Assembly (NCBI GenBank): GCA_051294905.1 | Contig: CM119376.1 | Coordinates: 16,182,001-16,246,000, forward strand | DNA: 64,000 nucleotides | Source of the DNA: Botryllus schlosseri | Lineage: Eukaryota | Direction: 5' to 3' | Shown here: piece after piece, positions 24,867-38,440 of the stretch | Position numbering within the stretch: the stretch's first letter is position 1 | How the letters are laid out: every line of letters begins with the position of its first letter | The notes under the pieces: generated by a model | Told to the model about the DNA's origin: nothing | Databases searched by the model: none | Seen by the model: only the letters and a program-made list of their open reading frames with translations | Program-made: the position numbers and the translations under genes

Positions 24867-25480
24867 AGGCGTGCGGGGGCAGGACTTTTCAGTTATGGCG
24901 ACGTCCAACTGCCGGCTGCGTTTTTGACAAGTGGACGGGTGTATGGGGAGATATTTTAGCGTTTCCTTCTATTTTTCCGGGATGATGTTATTTGCATGTG
25001 AGATCAAGGATAGTGAACAGAGAAATTTAATGCTGTTTCGCCTGTTTTCGGATTTGTGGCGGAATATATCCGTTTTTAAAATAGCTGCTGTGCGTGTTGC
25101 GTTTACAATCTACAAAGCTCTGGACGCTGACTTTCCCACCTCGTTGAGATCATTTTCGTTTAAGTGTATCCAATATCGGCAGCGAAATGCTTGACAGTAT
25201 ACAGAACCACTTGCAATGGATAATAATAAAGGTTGGCTTGGGCACGTGAAGCTGTTGGCGCCAAAAATAGTCTGTTGTGAGGATTTTCGGTTGGTTTGAT
25301 CAAATGAGGCGGGAAATAGTCCAGGCGATGACTGATCTGGTTAGCTCGAATCCAGAGACAGACGGGCTCAGGAGCCCCTGGGTTGAGAACCACAGGCTTA
25401 CCGCATGAATAGGCGTATTCGCGGCGTGGTGCTGAGCTCGGGTGTGCCGCGCACACATAGGATTTTTGTTTGGGTATGCG

Positions 25481-25715
25481 CAGGATCGTAACTGCCGCAC
25501 CCCAAGCCCCCAATTGAGGACTTCCAAAATTTGGCCAATTTTTTCGCGTTAATTAGTGATGCCAAGTATCTTGATTATTGGGTACCATTCCTAAAGAATA
25601 AATGCGCGAGATTTATAGAAATGGTCATTTAGGCGTCGGCCATTACAGAGCCACGACGCATCGAGACATGAAGTTTTAGTCCATGTAACATGCGACTCCG
25701 ATAAGCTATGTAATA
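25481..25715 (+). mobile_element. Left-end fragment of the hAT family typified by 36828-38440
   Basis: Starts CAGGATCGTAACTGCCGCACCCC and aligns by eye to 36828-37160. Confidence 0.7.
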
Positions 25716-26400
25716 TATATATATATTTACCTATTAGGCTACTTTGGGAGACAATCGTACTTATTTTTGTAGCAGTTGGGGTACGAAAAAAATTGGGAGA
25801 CAATTTTGTGTCCCCCTAATTCTTGGCGACATTTTTCCCTCAGTTGTTATCGTCTGTTAGGCAAATCCGTTCGGGACCACGGTTATTGGTCCCTCATTTG
25901 TCCCGTACAAAAGAAATCAAGCCATGAAGTAGCAGAAATTTCGAGTTACAATGGCGACATTTTGACCCCTGTATAAACCCCGTATTTTGAAAAGTGGCAT
26001 CAAGTCGACAACCAATAGGGGGGATTTTCTTCTACTTTTCGCGTGTATAAAATGACACCGCTTTGCATACATGATAGTTTTTGTTTAAGATTCACTCAGT
26101 TGAGACCATTCCGGTATATATAGGGATTTTAAGCCTTTATACACCGTGTTAAAAAATGACGACATAAAAAATGCTGACCTTAATATAACTCCATCAAATA
26201 TATGTATTGGTCATAGCATAATAAATATTCTGTGGTATGTCCCGCACCCGATATATCGAGCTGATAGGTCGTTGATTTGCTTGTGTAAAGACCGCTCTGT
26301 CAGTTGCGAGCGTAAGGCACATACTTTGTGTCAGTGATTCTCAACCTTTCTGTCTTTGCGGACCCCTTTTGGACCGTCACGAGCCTCCGCGGACCCCCGA

Positions 26401-26738
26401 CTTTTATTTCTAATTTAGCTCAAATTATTGTTTCCGCTCAAGCCAGACAATATACAATGCGGTATAAAAGATGCATTGCGACATATTGAACAGAGAGGAT
26501 AATGCTGAAACTACCAAGCACGGTCTTCAATCTAGCATCCATCTCGGCCTAGTCGCCAAGGTGATTGGCTTCTATTTTGATCTCTTCAGCTTTGTTTCAG
26601 TTGCCTGCCCTTGCAATTCACTGTTCGCTTTCCTGGCATTCGCAAATCCATGTCTTTGTCGAAGGATTAGCCCAGATAAACCGAGGAGGGTTTGTTGCTC
26701 TAATTGTGCAAATAAGAAAGGATTCCCTTGTAAATGCT

Positions 26739-26777
<39 letters not shown>

Positions 26778-26912
26778 ACAAACTTATTTTTATCTTAACC
26801 ATCGGATACCGTGGACGCCAGTTTTCCAATCTTAGGTCTGACCCGCCCGGGATTGAACCCATGATTTACAGATCACAAAGACGCGCGCATCACTTCTACG
26901 CTACCTCCCCCC
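26401..26912 (-). mobile_element. tRNA-derived SINE containing an (AG)15 microsatellite (26741-26770)
   Basis: Minus strand: head with A-box-like TAGCGTAGAAG and B-box GGTTCAATCCC; core GGTTTATCTGGGCT; tail CTAGGCCGAGATGGATG..CGCATTGTATATTG shared with 44775-45075 and 58483-58625. Confidence 0.8.
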
Positions 26913-26934
26913 ATTCCTGCCATCAGTTCGACCA

Positions 26935-27745
26935 CACCCAGATATTCCTACCCCACTTGGGAGGGGGGCGAGTTCGAAGGGTGCCGAAAATTATTTCGTG
27001 GAAGAACATTAATTATGCGCTCTATATTTGAAAGTTTTTGCAACTTTTTAATTTTTCTCGCGCTGGGCGCGATTTCATGTAGATAAATGTTTTGATTATC
27101 AGGCACCCTTCCTCCACGATAAATACACATCATTTATAGAAGTAGGCATTTAAGCGTTGGCCATTAACATGCCACGATGTACGAAGACAAATGAAGTTTG
27201 GGAAAACATGGGTCTCAAAAAAGTGTGCCAAAAAGATCGTCAGCGAGAAAGCATTAGCCGAAAAGGATTGCCTTTATGATGACCGTAAACTTCGATATAA
27301 AAATGTCTTTGTCCGGGTGCCTAAATTGCTGGCGCCGAATATTCATGTTGTGGCAATCTGGACCTCACAGGACAAATGACATCCCATCCCAAATTATTAT
27401 TTGACAGTGAAGAAACACAAATTTTGAATCGTGTGCTTCTTTTAGTTTAGTAGCCTACGTATAGGCGCGTTCAATATCTTTTGATTACATAGCGCACAGG
27501 AAGTCAAGAAATAACAACATGTAGCTAAGTAATTGCACCAACGGGCCCGCCCGAATATGTTCAATTATTGATTACGTGCCCTGAATATTCCTAGGAAATA
27601 CCTCACTCAGCTCTACAGGTAAATCTGATTACGTGGACTGAGAGGATACAAAATATATAGCAATATATACGCAATTATCAATACTATTGACCGAATCAAT
27701 CATTAATTGTACAAAATTTTACGTGGTCGCATCTGAGTGGAAATT
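26935..27745 (+). mobile_element. Diverged internal copy of the 36828-38440 hAT family
   Basis: Colinear matches such as GGCGCCGAATATTC, TGGCAATCTG, GTAAATCTGATTACGTG. Confidence 0.7.
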
Positions 27746-27873
27746 GCATAGGTCAAAAGTGCTACATTCGGTCAAAGTGGCGATCACCGGATAGATATAG
27801 GATTCCTAATTGTATCAATGTGAGGCGTGATGCTATGTAACAGTCACTGGATTTATGGCTTTTCCCTATACAA

Positions 27874-28800
27874 CAGTGGTTCCCAACCTGTGGTACGCGT
27901 ACCACTAGTGGTACGCGAAGGTCTTCCAGGTGGTACGCGAGTAGATTCTGTTTTTTTTTCGACCGAAGGGAGTTATTCGTTAAGGTGGGGTTGAACACAA
28001 AGATTATTCTCCAATAAACTTCAGGCTTAGCGTGGCCTCCTCGTAATCGACTTTAGCTTCTCACGCTATTCTCCAGCTGCTAATTTTCCCTTCTACGTGG
28101 GAGTGCCAGCAAGGATTTTCATCTCTGACGACTATCAAGTCGAAGAAACCCATGCCCAATTGCCCATGCATGACTTTCGATGCGCTGTGAGCAAACATAT
28201 GCCACGCATCGACCAGCTAGTGCAGTGGTTCTCAAACTGGGGGCGTGTTTTCGCGCTTCGTGCGATTTACCTCCAATTCATTGTTTTTGCTCTGTGTATA
28301 GTCCTAACTGCATATTTAAGAATTCACTTATCAACTATCATAACCACCCACGCCATAAAATTATTCGTTGGGATTGCTACTATACTGGTTGCATTTTGTG
28401 ATATGACGATAAGGGGGGCGCGAAATTTTTCACTATCATAAACAGGGGCGTGTCTAAAAAAGTTTGAGAACCGCTGAGCTAGTGGAAAATAAGCAAATGC
28501 AGCCATCGCATTAAACAATTGACGTTTGTTGTTTGCTGTTATTTCATTATAATTATGTTGTTCTTCTTGTGACTGGTGGTGAAAAAACAATTTCAGGCAT
28601 CCCATTAACCCTGGCTAATAATGCCTAGTTTAATAGTATTTACTATTACTCTTCGCATACGTCAAATACGTCATTATGACGTCATAAACGATGGAAACAT
28701 TTTTGACCTCCTTCAGCGCGCGTAACTTATATAGGTGGTACGGGAGCACTGCATAAAACCTCGAAAAGGTACGTGGGTGAAAAAAGGTTGGGAATCACTG
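27874..28800. mobile_element. hAT (Charlie/Buster-like) non-autonomous element
   Basis: TIR CAGTGGTTCCCAACC...GGTTGGGAATCACTG; perfect TSD CTATACAA. Confidence 0.9.
28223..28476. mobile_element. hAT MITE nested in 27874-28800
   Basis: TIR CAGTGGTTCTCAAAC...GTTTGAGAACCGCTG; perfect TSD AGCTAGTG. Confidence 0.92.
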
Positions 28801-30679
28801 CTATACAAGAATAATATATTGCTCAGAACGCAGTAGTCAACGCAGATGAATATAAAATGTGATCTAATATAGCCGCGGGTGTAATCATCCCCTCTCCGCA
28901 TCCACACCAATTTCGTTGCTAGGGAGAGAAGAACAGCACCGACTAGCATCGCCATAGAAACTGCTTCTCCGTCTGCGGGTCTGCGAAGTAACACGTGCTA
29001 ATAATAACAATATATCTCGTCGTAATTCTCGAATTATGCGCAAGGTCCAACGGACCATGTGACCTCAATCAGCTTTCCATACCTTCGTAAGTTTGTAGCA
29101 ATTCCATAAATAATTGTAATCACCCTATCATCGTCACCAGAAACGCATATCTGATTTGAAAACGCGTGATATCAATCTAACGTACGTTTAACAATAAATC
29201 CAACTGAAGTAGCTCATGTCATCTGCTCATACCATGCAGCTGTGTTAATCGAAAAATCGAGCTCGTTTATTCGTCATCACAAACAAGGATAAAATGACTC
29301 TGCGAAGCTAACATAAACAAATGATGATGATCAGGCTGAAATGTGGCGATATAGGATTGGAAAGCAGCCAAGTGCAAATAGTAAATTAGTTGACTTGTTT
29401 GGCATTTCATAACGTCACAATGCTGCGACAGCGGAATGTCAAATCAAACAGCTTTCAAACATATTGTGGTATCAGCAAGAAATACCCAGAGTGTCGGATT
29501 CGCATAAAGCGCCGGTTGTCCGCTCAGTATAGGCTTACAACCCACAATCCTACATTACATGCGTTGCATTAAGACTTTCCATGGGTACAGATATTTTAGT
29601 TTTCTTATATTAAAACACGGTAAAAAGCAGTCAGATTCGGATATCAATTACGGCCCCCGTCCGTTCAACCCAAGGCAATGGCCACATTACATATATTGAC
29701 TGACTGACGTTGAAGTGATCAGAGCGTATAACGTCATCATCGTTGCTCATTATGGCAGACTAGGGAGTGATATTGACATTTGCGTCTGGTTATAATGAAG
29801 CCTCCGCAGGCACTTATCGGTCACGCATTGAACAGAATTGCTTGACGGCAAATTCATTGGAGTGTCTTCCCAGCTATCTTGACGTCTCGATTGTTTGCAG
29901 TGGCTGAAAAACAAGGCAGCGATGTAATGCCAAATTGTTAACTACATGCACAGTACACACGTTTGGAGATGATACACAACCTCAGTAAATTGCAAAACAA
30001 AAATGCAACATGATAGGTTGCTTCATCAAGATTGAGCTTTATCATAGGCCACACACTGGATTTTAAAAAGAATCAATAAAACGAAAAGGCAGATGTTATT
30101 GTAACTATATGCTCTCTCACACAGCGTTTAAATACGATTTATCAATATTTAGAAAGTATCTAGTTGAATTATTTGAAATTAATCTGGAAACAATATAAAG
30201 TTAACGTTACGCGATCTAAATATTCTCAGATATATTGAGCGGGCAGTCAACATTTTACTAATTGAGTTATGTGAACACGTTATCAAAGAGGATTCTAAAT
30301 CCGTTGCTACTCACATAGACGTTTAAAAATGTATCAGAAAGCGCGTTACGCAGTGAAAATCTACCACGACATGAATTGAATTAGTGAGAGATCATAGGAC
30401 GCAGTATCCGTTTGGCAACTGTCCTACCCAGTTGGCTTATTAACCCTTCCGCGTGAAATATAACTCTTCCAACAGAAGAGAAATGTGTTCTATATTCAAT
30501 ACTCACTTTTTGTCATGGAAATGGAGTCGGCGTGGCGATCCAAATTTACACGCTATTGTACGCAGAATTCAGCAGCTATGTAGAATACTCTTCAATACGC
30601 AGAACGAATCGTTCGATGAAAACACTGATTGAGAAGTAACTCCATCACGCATGTTTGCATCTTAAACTTTTCTTATAAG

Positions 30680-31555
30680 TAGGGCGAATTTTTTTTGACA
30701 TGTCAAAAAAAGTCAAAATTAGGTCAAAATTGTAGCGTTACGTCAAAATTTGTCAAAATTGTTTACAAAGTCAAACATTTTTTGACCTCTGCATTTCGTT
30801 TGTATCGTAGATTTTGCGCTGTCGGTGAACTTATCATTTGATATTTTACAGCTTGTAGCCTACTTTATAGGCCTACAGTTGTAAACGGCCCATCGTCTGC
30901 TCATTGTGAATCATAAACGGTCAAATGAAACAAATAGTGACATGGTTTGATGGTCAACGTACCGCAATATCCTAACTGAAGCAAGACTGCTTGGACATTG
31001 ATGTCCTTATATCAAGAAGCGCAAGCTGAAAAATTGTGACATAGACAACATTGTCAGAATGAAGCAACACGGTTTGTCACCAGCAGTGTGCACACAACTT
31101 CAGTATTGTCAGCCAACAACTGCTGCTGTTGAACGTTCTTTCTCCATTCTTGACCAACTACTTCGTAAGGACAGACACTTTCTACCCGAGAATGTAGGAA
31201 AGTATCTTTCGTTGTACTACAACAAATTTGAATTATTTCCATCATACTACGTAATGTTACTACTGGAATTCTTCATTGGGCCAGATTTCGTTAAAATACT
31301 AGTTTTTTTGTGTAAAAATTTGTCAGTTTTTGAGCCAAAAACGTGTTTTCAGGCCAATCTACTTTGTAAGGACAGACAGTTCTAACCAGAAATGAAAATA
31401 TATAGTACAATTTTAACATTATGTGCGAAAACACCTAATTGCATACGTGAGGTCAAAATTTGGTCAAATTTCATTTTTTTTTAGGTAAAAAAAGTCAAAA
31501 TTTAGATTTTTTAGGTCAAAATCTTCCGTTTTTTAGGTAAAAAAAAAACGTCCTA
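30680..31555 (+). mobile_element. Internally deleted hAT element retaining the transposase C-terminal dimerisation region (ORF 31059-31385)
   Basis: TIR TAGGGCG..TTTTTTTTGAC / GTAAAAAAAAAACGTCCTA; perfect TSD CTTATAAG; GTCAAAA subterminal repeats; peptide QPTTAAVERSFSILDQLLRKDRHFLPENVGKYL contains the hAT 'ERxFS' motif. Confidence 0.88.
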
Positions 31556-32449
31556 CTTATAAGATTCGTGTTTATAGAATTCATGCTAATATACTTGTCA
31601 TGAAACTTAAGGGCCATGAGCTGCTAATACATAGTACATCTTCCAAAGTAACGTCCATATACAATAACCTGCTAATACGCTGAAACTAATCTTTCAATCA
31701 CTCGGCGACAGTGGGCATGAGACCTTACCAGTTGATGACACGCAATTAGTCGCGAGTACGTATACAATACTAAAGTCATCCCCCTAATTCAACATTGTGA
31801 ATGGCGCCTATATCTGTAAGAAAGGCGGCATGTTAAATTGTTTGTGATAAAAGTAGGATATTCCTAAGCTACTGATCGATATATAGATTCTGCGAATTCG
31901 GTATAGCCTTTAGGAGACAAAAACCGACTTTTCGAACGCCAATACCGGGCCACCCCCAGGTCCCACGCCGTCGAATCGGATATCGTTGCGTTCAGTTCGA
32001 CGAGACGAAAACGGCGATAACGCAGCCGAACCCCTAAGACCAGCGGTTGTCGATCGGTATTTAAATCTCTGTTCTGATACCGACCGATCAAAAAACCATA
32101 CACGTAACCCGTATTGACGTACCATCACGAAGTTTTGGTGGAAAAATTTTTTCTACGCGTCCCAGCCCCATTCCCCGGGCATCGTTGGATCGTATTACGA
32201 GTCCGCCGGTCGGCTACGATATTCGGTTGGCGAGGAATCGGCGATTAAAAAACTGTGAAAAATGCGCTATACACTGTTTTTTGAAGGCCGATCCCGAGTC
32301 GGCTGAAAGTCCGATACGATCGTATCGGGTATCGATCTACGCGGGGCTCGAAGACGAACGCAGCGGTACCTCGTATGGCCCAGTGGGGTGAACGACCGAG
32401 ACGGAACCTCGGATAGCCCGCCTGTGAAAAACGCGAAATTCTCTGATGA

Positions 32450-32747
32450 TCCACCGATCAAGGATAATACGAGGATTATAATCGAAAAACTCACATAACT
32501 CCGCATCTACTGGTCGGAATTGAGTCAAATTTGTTTTGCATCGTCTTTGAAGACAGCTAAACGATTTCATGGCGTTGGCAGAAAAATTTGAAATTTCTTT
32601 TTAATAAATTAAAAATTTTAATTCGATCTGCGGAGTCCTATACTTGTTTGAATTGAACCAAATTTGGTGTGCAGTGTTTTTTAGGGTAACCTGACAATTT
32701 AATAAGTCAATGGCTGGAATCCGGATTTTTTAATTTTTGAACAGCCC
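32450..32747 (-). mobile_element. Terminal arm of the Tc1/mariner-like family (reverse complement of 56274-~56590)
   Basis: Ends TTTTTGAACAGCCC followed by TA; aligns to 56341-56570 in reverse. Confidence 0.7.
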
Positions 32748-35700
32748 TATAGTGTACGTACGAACATTTATGATCACTGTGCGGGATTTGAAGCACAGGC
32801 GCGCAGACATAGGCGGAGCCTGGATCCTATTCAATCATATTACGTCGCATGCAATACCTCGTTTACAATGATGATGACCCCATCAAGCGCCAAGGTAATC
32901 AAGGAGGTTCGCAATTCGAAATGAAGATAGTGCTTAAAACGCCCCTATAAGTTGTTATCCGTGATTAGTAATCATGCAGACTATCGAAGCAACCTCGTTT
33001 ACGACGTCGATTTCGACACGTTGGCGCTGAGAAACACCATCTTCTATCTCGACCAGAGGAGCGAATTCACGTTCTCATCCCTTAATTAAATTGTATTTGC
33101 GCCCATATTCGTTTACAAAATAATTCTCGTAGTTCCGTGATAGTCTCTTTAATTGGAGGCTTGGAGCGCGAAATAGGACATTGTGTTAGTGCATGCCTCC
33201 GAATTGAAAGTCATTCCCGCGCAAAGTGCGCATAATCATCACTTTAACAAAGCTTTGCCAAGTCAATTTTTATCGGAAAATGCAACAATGCAGCTCAAAC
33301 CTCGTTATAATGAGCAAACAATTGTCGCGATGTCAGACTAGGAAGTTCCAAGTTCAAACCCCATTGTGCTGTACGCAAGTTGAATAATTACTGATAAGAT
33401 GCGCGCTTTCTCGTTTGCTATCATCTGTAGGCTACTAATTCATGTCTGCTTCATACACTCGTATTCCCTAGGTGTAACTTGTCAGAGTTTGATTTGTTAT
33501 TAATACCGCGCATTGTGCAGTGCACGGCGTTGAATTACGTTGTCAAATATTGATGAAACACGAGCTTCTCGATGGCGCAAATTCTGATTTTATTCGATTA
33601 GTTTTAACGGGAACCTTCTATGTTCCAATGAACTTCATTGCTGGACGGACCCTGTCGAGCTAGCGCAATCATATCGCGGATCGAATTCCAAACCTTTGGG
33701 ATATGTATTGCTATTGATAAGGTCGCGGCATGCGCCCATATTGCTCTTACTGTATAACACGTGGATAATTAAAAGCGCACCATTTTACGATCAAATTCGA
33801 CTGGCTGATCGGAGCCTACGTAGGCCGTAGGTCCCGGGCTGATATTAACCTGCGCGTTGTCGGCATTAAAACCCCAGGTGCGTTGCCAGGTAGTTTTTCG
33901 TTTATAACTAGGAATCCCGTCCTTTTGAAATGCCAATTCACTAATTCGTATGATCGATGCTGCGTACTGCAAATCAGCGAGAATCATTTGTATGCGAAAT
34001 GGGTCATCGATATCTCCTGTGCGTGCACTATCGGCGGTGGTTTGATTCAGCGCGTCCGCATGGAGGCTCGCTACCGTCCGCAGATACACTTTCTCCAAAC
34101 AGTAACAATCTCTGACTGTAATATTGTTTGTGTTTATGTATCTTTTTGATTAAAACTTATGCCCGAGTCTGAACAAATTGTGCTCGTTGCCATTGCCGAA
34201 TCTGGGTATTCAGGTATGACTAGCACACTCTATAATTGTAATTATTGCAAGTTTGCGGCATGTCTGCAATTTCGTTATCAGCGCAATCTTGTCGGCCGAT
34301 TTTACAGTCCAATAAAAATGATCACTACTATATGTATTTCGCACAGCGTAGGCCTACTGAGGCTGATTTCAGCAATCTAACGATCCTTATTTGATGTACA
34401 AATTCGACCTCATCTTTAGAAACGTAGATTCGAAACACTATTGCGATTTGACGACCAATATACGTTCACCTTCTACAAATTAAGGTGCATTATTTGCATT
34501 GAGGCGGGCCGCAAGCTGCGTTTGAAGTATTTTGTGAACCATTTTTGTGATAAATATTCTCGGAGCGAAAAGTTGAACAGTGTTTAATTTTGTGTGCCTG
34601 CTAGTTGGAATTTATTCCAGTGTCCTTAATATTATTCCAATTATGCTTTGCGAACGTAATTCGGGACATGCAACAATGCAGTCGAAATCGAAGTTTTAAA
34701 TAGCAGCCAATTGTCGCGATGCGAGCTACTCAATACTAAGTAAAAATCCACTGTGTTGGAGGTAAGGGATAATTACTGATTGACCGCGCGTGTTTGTAAT
34801 CATAATTCTTGTCTGTCTTTCGTGTTCTAGAATTGTCGCGCCGCGTTACTGCTCAGTCCAGCGACGAATGCCGAGTGCGCGGCAATTAATGACATAATTT
34901 CGCAATCGTCGTGATACGAATCTCGCTAATTGGTCGCGGCCCGCGTAACACTAATAATACGACTTGTGGAATGGAAACTGAATATTAGCGTCATAATGGT
35001 CATTTCAAAAGGACGGGGTTTTGTGTTTCAAAAGGAGGGGGTCTCAACACCCCCCTGGCTACGCGCCTGCCGCCACCCCATGCAAAAATAAAAGCCGGCG
35101 CCTATGCTAATGGGTATCGTGACAGATCTTATTCCTATCAAAATTATCGTCCTCTCTTCATGTCATCCTCCACATTCGGTGAATACCATCTAATTTTATC
35201 CATATATCGTGTTAAAACACCAATGCTTTTTATTGCTCTCTATGACAAGAAGGGGGTTCAGGTGATATTGAAAGTCGAGAAAATGACTAATGTGCTTTAT
35301 AAGCTCAGTGGGTTACCAATTAATTTCTCTGAAGCTCGCAAATTTTCCAGCACATACAAAGCTCTAGTATCAACGCTTATGTGAAGTACCAGAAATGCTT
35401 TTTCAACTCATAAATACTATTCGTTGGCATAGCCCATTCTCAATAGCAATCAGCACCATTTTTACGCCCTGCATCAGTCAAAGTCAAGTAGCAGAGAAAT
35501 ATTCGAACGTTGAGTGACTGAGGAATGCAATTGATGTCTCTGTGGATGACATTTTGGGAGTGGCGACTTTGCAATCAGTAAAAACTTCGAATCAAGGCAG
35601 AGAGACATGGGTATGCCCTGCATAACTGGGATAGATTTCATGAAATCTAAATTGGCCCGACAAACAAATACTTCTAGATAATACTATCACTTGAGACATA

Positions 35701-36827
35701 TATTTACCCGTATATTACCTGCTTGTCAGTTCATTTCCTTTTCGTGGTCCTTAATTTCAGTGTGTAAAGTACTCTATTTGAACATTATCTCACCATCCTT
35801 TTAACGGGGCCATTTCAATGAAGTGGATTAATTTCCAGCTAATCCGTGTCATATCGTTTTTTCGTTTATTGCTGACGTATTCATCCAAACTCCGCCATTT
35901 GCCCTTGCCAAGATCAAAACAAATTGAAAAGACATCACTGCCTCTTCAGGCATACCTGGAACCCGATTTTTGATCGTGACTGTGTGACGAAATTGGTCGC
36001 CATAAGTACTATTATTTCAAAAATGACCGAAATTTCAATTTGAATGACCTCGACTTCTACTGGCTGGAATTGAGTCAAATTTGGTGTGCAGCGTTTTTTT
36101 AGGTAACCTGACAATTTGACAATCAAGCCGATGAAATTTTGAGAAAAAAGTTTTTTTTGAACACCCCTTGAACAGTTAACAAGTTGGCGTATGGCTTTTA
36201 AACAAATAGAAGTTGGCAATTATCAAGTACCACGATTAAAACGAATCAAGATTCTCTGTAATCTGTTGTAGGGTTTTAAAGAGAAAACATGAATTCGTGG
36301 CGAAGTTTGTATGGTAAACAACTAATTCTTACAATTTGATGCGGCTATAACATGACGAGAGTCTGAGATCGGAGGTAGAGACATGTTAAAGTGGTCTTTA
36401 TTCGAAAGTTTCTGCCTTGCAACACTAGTAATATTGGATCAAAAAGTGTGCAGTGCGTTAAAGGAAAGATTGCCTCATACCTGCTAATAGACTGTAGGGT
36501 CCATGAAACATGAAGCTTCCGAGGGATATTAGGGCCGCTTGTATTAATTTAACAGAATATATTTATCATTTCATTAGACCTGAGATCTGCTATCGCGGCA
36601 AATTAGCCATCGGCTAGCCGACGAATGTCGTAGTGATTTGCATACTAGCCGTAGAAAACTGGTGATCTAATCTGCAGGATGGTCAACTGTAACTTTTTAT
36701 GAAGGCACATGTTCCGTAATTTCACAGCAGCTTGTAAAGGCAAAATATGTGTGTGGTGAAATGGCGTAGTATATCATACATATGTATCGAATTCATGTGT
36801 GGGACACTTTTTATATATGGATTTGTA

Positions 36828-38440
36828 CAGGACCGTAACTGCCGCACCCCAAAACCCCCAATTGGGGAGGGGCGAGCTCGAAGGGGGCCCAAAATTATTT
36901 CGTGAATTAGCATAAATTATGGAGTATTTTTTGAAAATTCATGCAATTTTTTCAAAAGTTTTTCGCGCTAAACGCGCGACTTCAAGTTGCCAAATGTCTT
37001 GAATTTTGATTACTCTTCCTCCAAGAAAAAATACGCAAGATTTATAGAAATGGGCATGTCGGCATTGGCCATTACCGCGCCACGATTTACCAAGACATAT
37101 TTAAGTTTTAGGCAATGTAACATGTGACTCCAAAAAGTGGACCAGGACGATCGGCAGCGAGAAAACCTTGGCCTAAAACGACCGCCCTTATGTTGGCCGA
37201 AAACATCGTTATATATACAAAATACAAATAAGGGGAAGCGAGTGGCTTAGTTGGTTAAGCGCCAGCGTCACGACACCAATGGCAGTGGTTCGAATCACGG
37301 TTCGAACCCACTTCTACGTGTCGGAGGTTTATCTGGGCTCCTCATCGTTAACCTCACTGCAATAGCAGTCTCTCAAAAAGCCCAGTATGATGGTGAGCCG
37401 CGCCTGTAAAAAGTCGGCAGTAAAGCACAAGTCCGGATGCATGAAAGAGAGAGAGACTGAAGTTGGGAGCGCGCGAGTGTGGAAGTCGTCCGGAAAGAAT
37501 ATGAAAGCAAAGATCCTGAACATTACTAATATCATTGTCGTGGTGTACATGACCTTAATAGGCGATCAACACCACTCTTGTATGTGTTAAATAAACCAAA
37601 CAAAATACAAATAGGTTTAATTGTCCATAGGCGCCTAAATGACTGGCGCCGAATATTCCTGTCTTGGCAATCTGAACCTCGTAAGACAAATACCATCCCG
37701 CAGGGAAAAATTATATGCCAGTGAAGAAATACCAATTTGAAATTGTGTGCGTCTTTTACTTTAGTAGCCTACGTTTGGTCGATTCTATATATTTTGATAT
37801 AGCAGACAAGAGGTCATTAAATAACATCATGTTACGGAGTCATACCAAAGGGCCCTACAGTTTCCAAGACACCTCACCCAATTCTACCGGTAAATCTGAT
37901 TACGTGAGCAGAGAGGACATGAAATTGATAGCAATAGATATGCAATTTCCTATCTTTTTGACCGATTTTATCATGATTTATCGAAAATTTTCGCGCCTCG
38001 CGCTGCCTCACTGCACAGTACGGTTAATTTCGTGGCAAAAGCGAACAACGTGATTGGGTGTAGGTTTATCACCCTATGGCAGCCCAAGACCCAAGTTTTT
38101 TTGGGGACCTGACGAAGTGCTGTTTTGTTCCTGCCAACGGGTATACGCCCGAAGGTGTTTAATTATTATTGAGGGGTCCTACCTTTTCAAACACACCTCA
38201 CCTGTAAATCTGATTACGTGAGCAGTGAGAGGATAAAAATTGATAACAATATATATGCAATTCCCGATCATATTGGTCGATTCAATCATGATATATATAG
38301 AAATTTTTCGCGCTTCGCGCGTCTAGGCGAGAAAAGTTGGCACAGTCAAAGGCGCCCAATGTAGATGCCAAGTATCACGGTAAACAGCGGATAGCGTGAG
38401 GGGGGTCTGGGGGGCCTGCCGAAGTGCTGTTACGGCCCTG
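36828..38440 (+). mobile_element. Full-length non-autonomous hAT element (~1.2 kb plus an inserted SINE) with internal ~300-bp tandem units
   Basis: TIR CAGGACCGTAAC...GTTACGGCCCTG; perfect TSD GATTTGTA (36820-36827, 38441-38448). Confidence 0.92.
37231..37600 (+). mobile_element. tRNA-derived SINE inserted in the 36828-38440 hAT element
   Basis: A box TGGCTTAGTTGG, B box GGTTCGAATC, core TCGGAGGTTTATCTGGGCTCCTC; 13-bp TSD CAAAATACAAATA (37218-37230, 37601-37613); the sister hAT copy is empty at this site (~40720-40745). Confidence 0.9.

Noticed and set aside
26471-27031. 186-aa ORF with poly-RE
   Set aside because: Runs antisense through a SINE and an (AG)15 microsatellite.
33769-34098. 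109-aa minus-strand ORF
   Set aside because: No recognisable domain or convincing splice context; lies in repeat-like sequence.
32796-35069. CAGGCGCG(C/T)AG ends as one 2.3-kb element, and the inner inverted pair CCCGTCCTTTTGAAATG (~33917 / ~35017)
   Set aside because: No matching TSD at either pair; pairing cannot be established without other copies.
37231-37310. tRNA genes at 37231, 56925 and 26912(-)
   Set aside because: A/B boxes are present, but they run into the shared SINE core and tail, lack a clean cloverleaf and poly-T terminator, and one has a 13-bp TSD.
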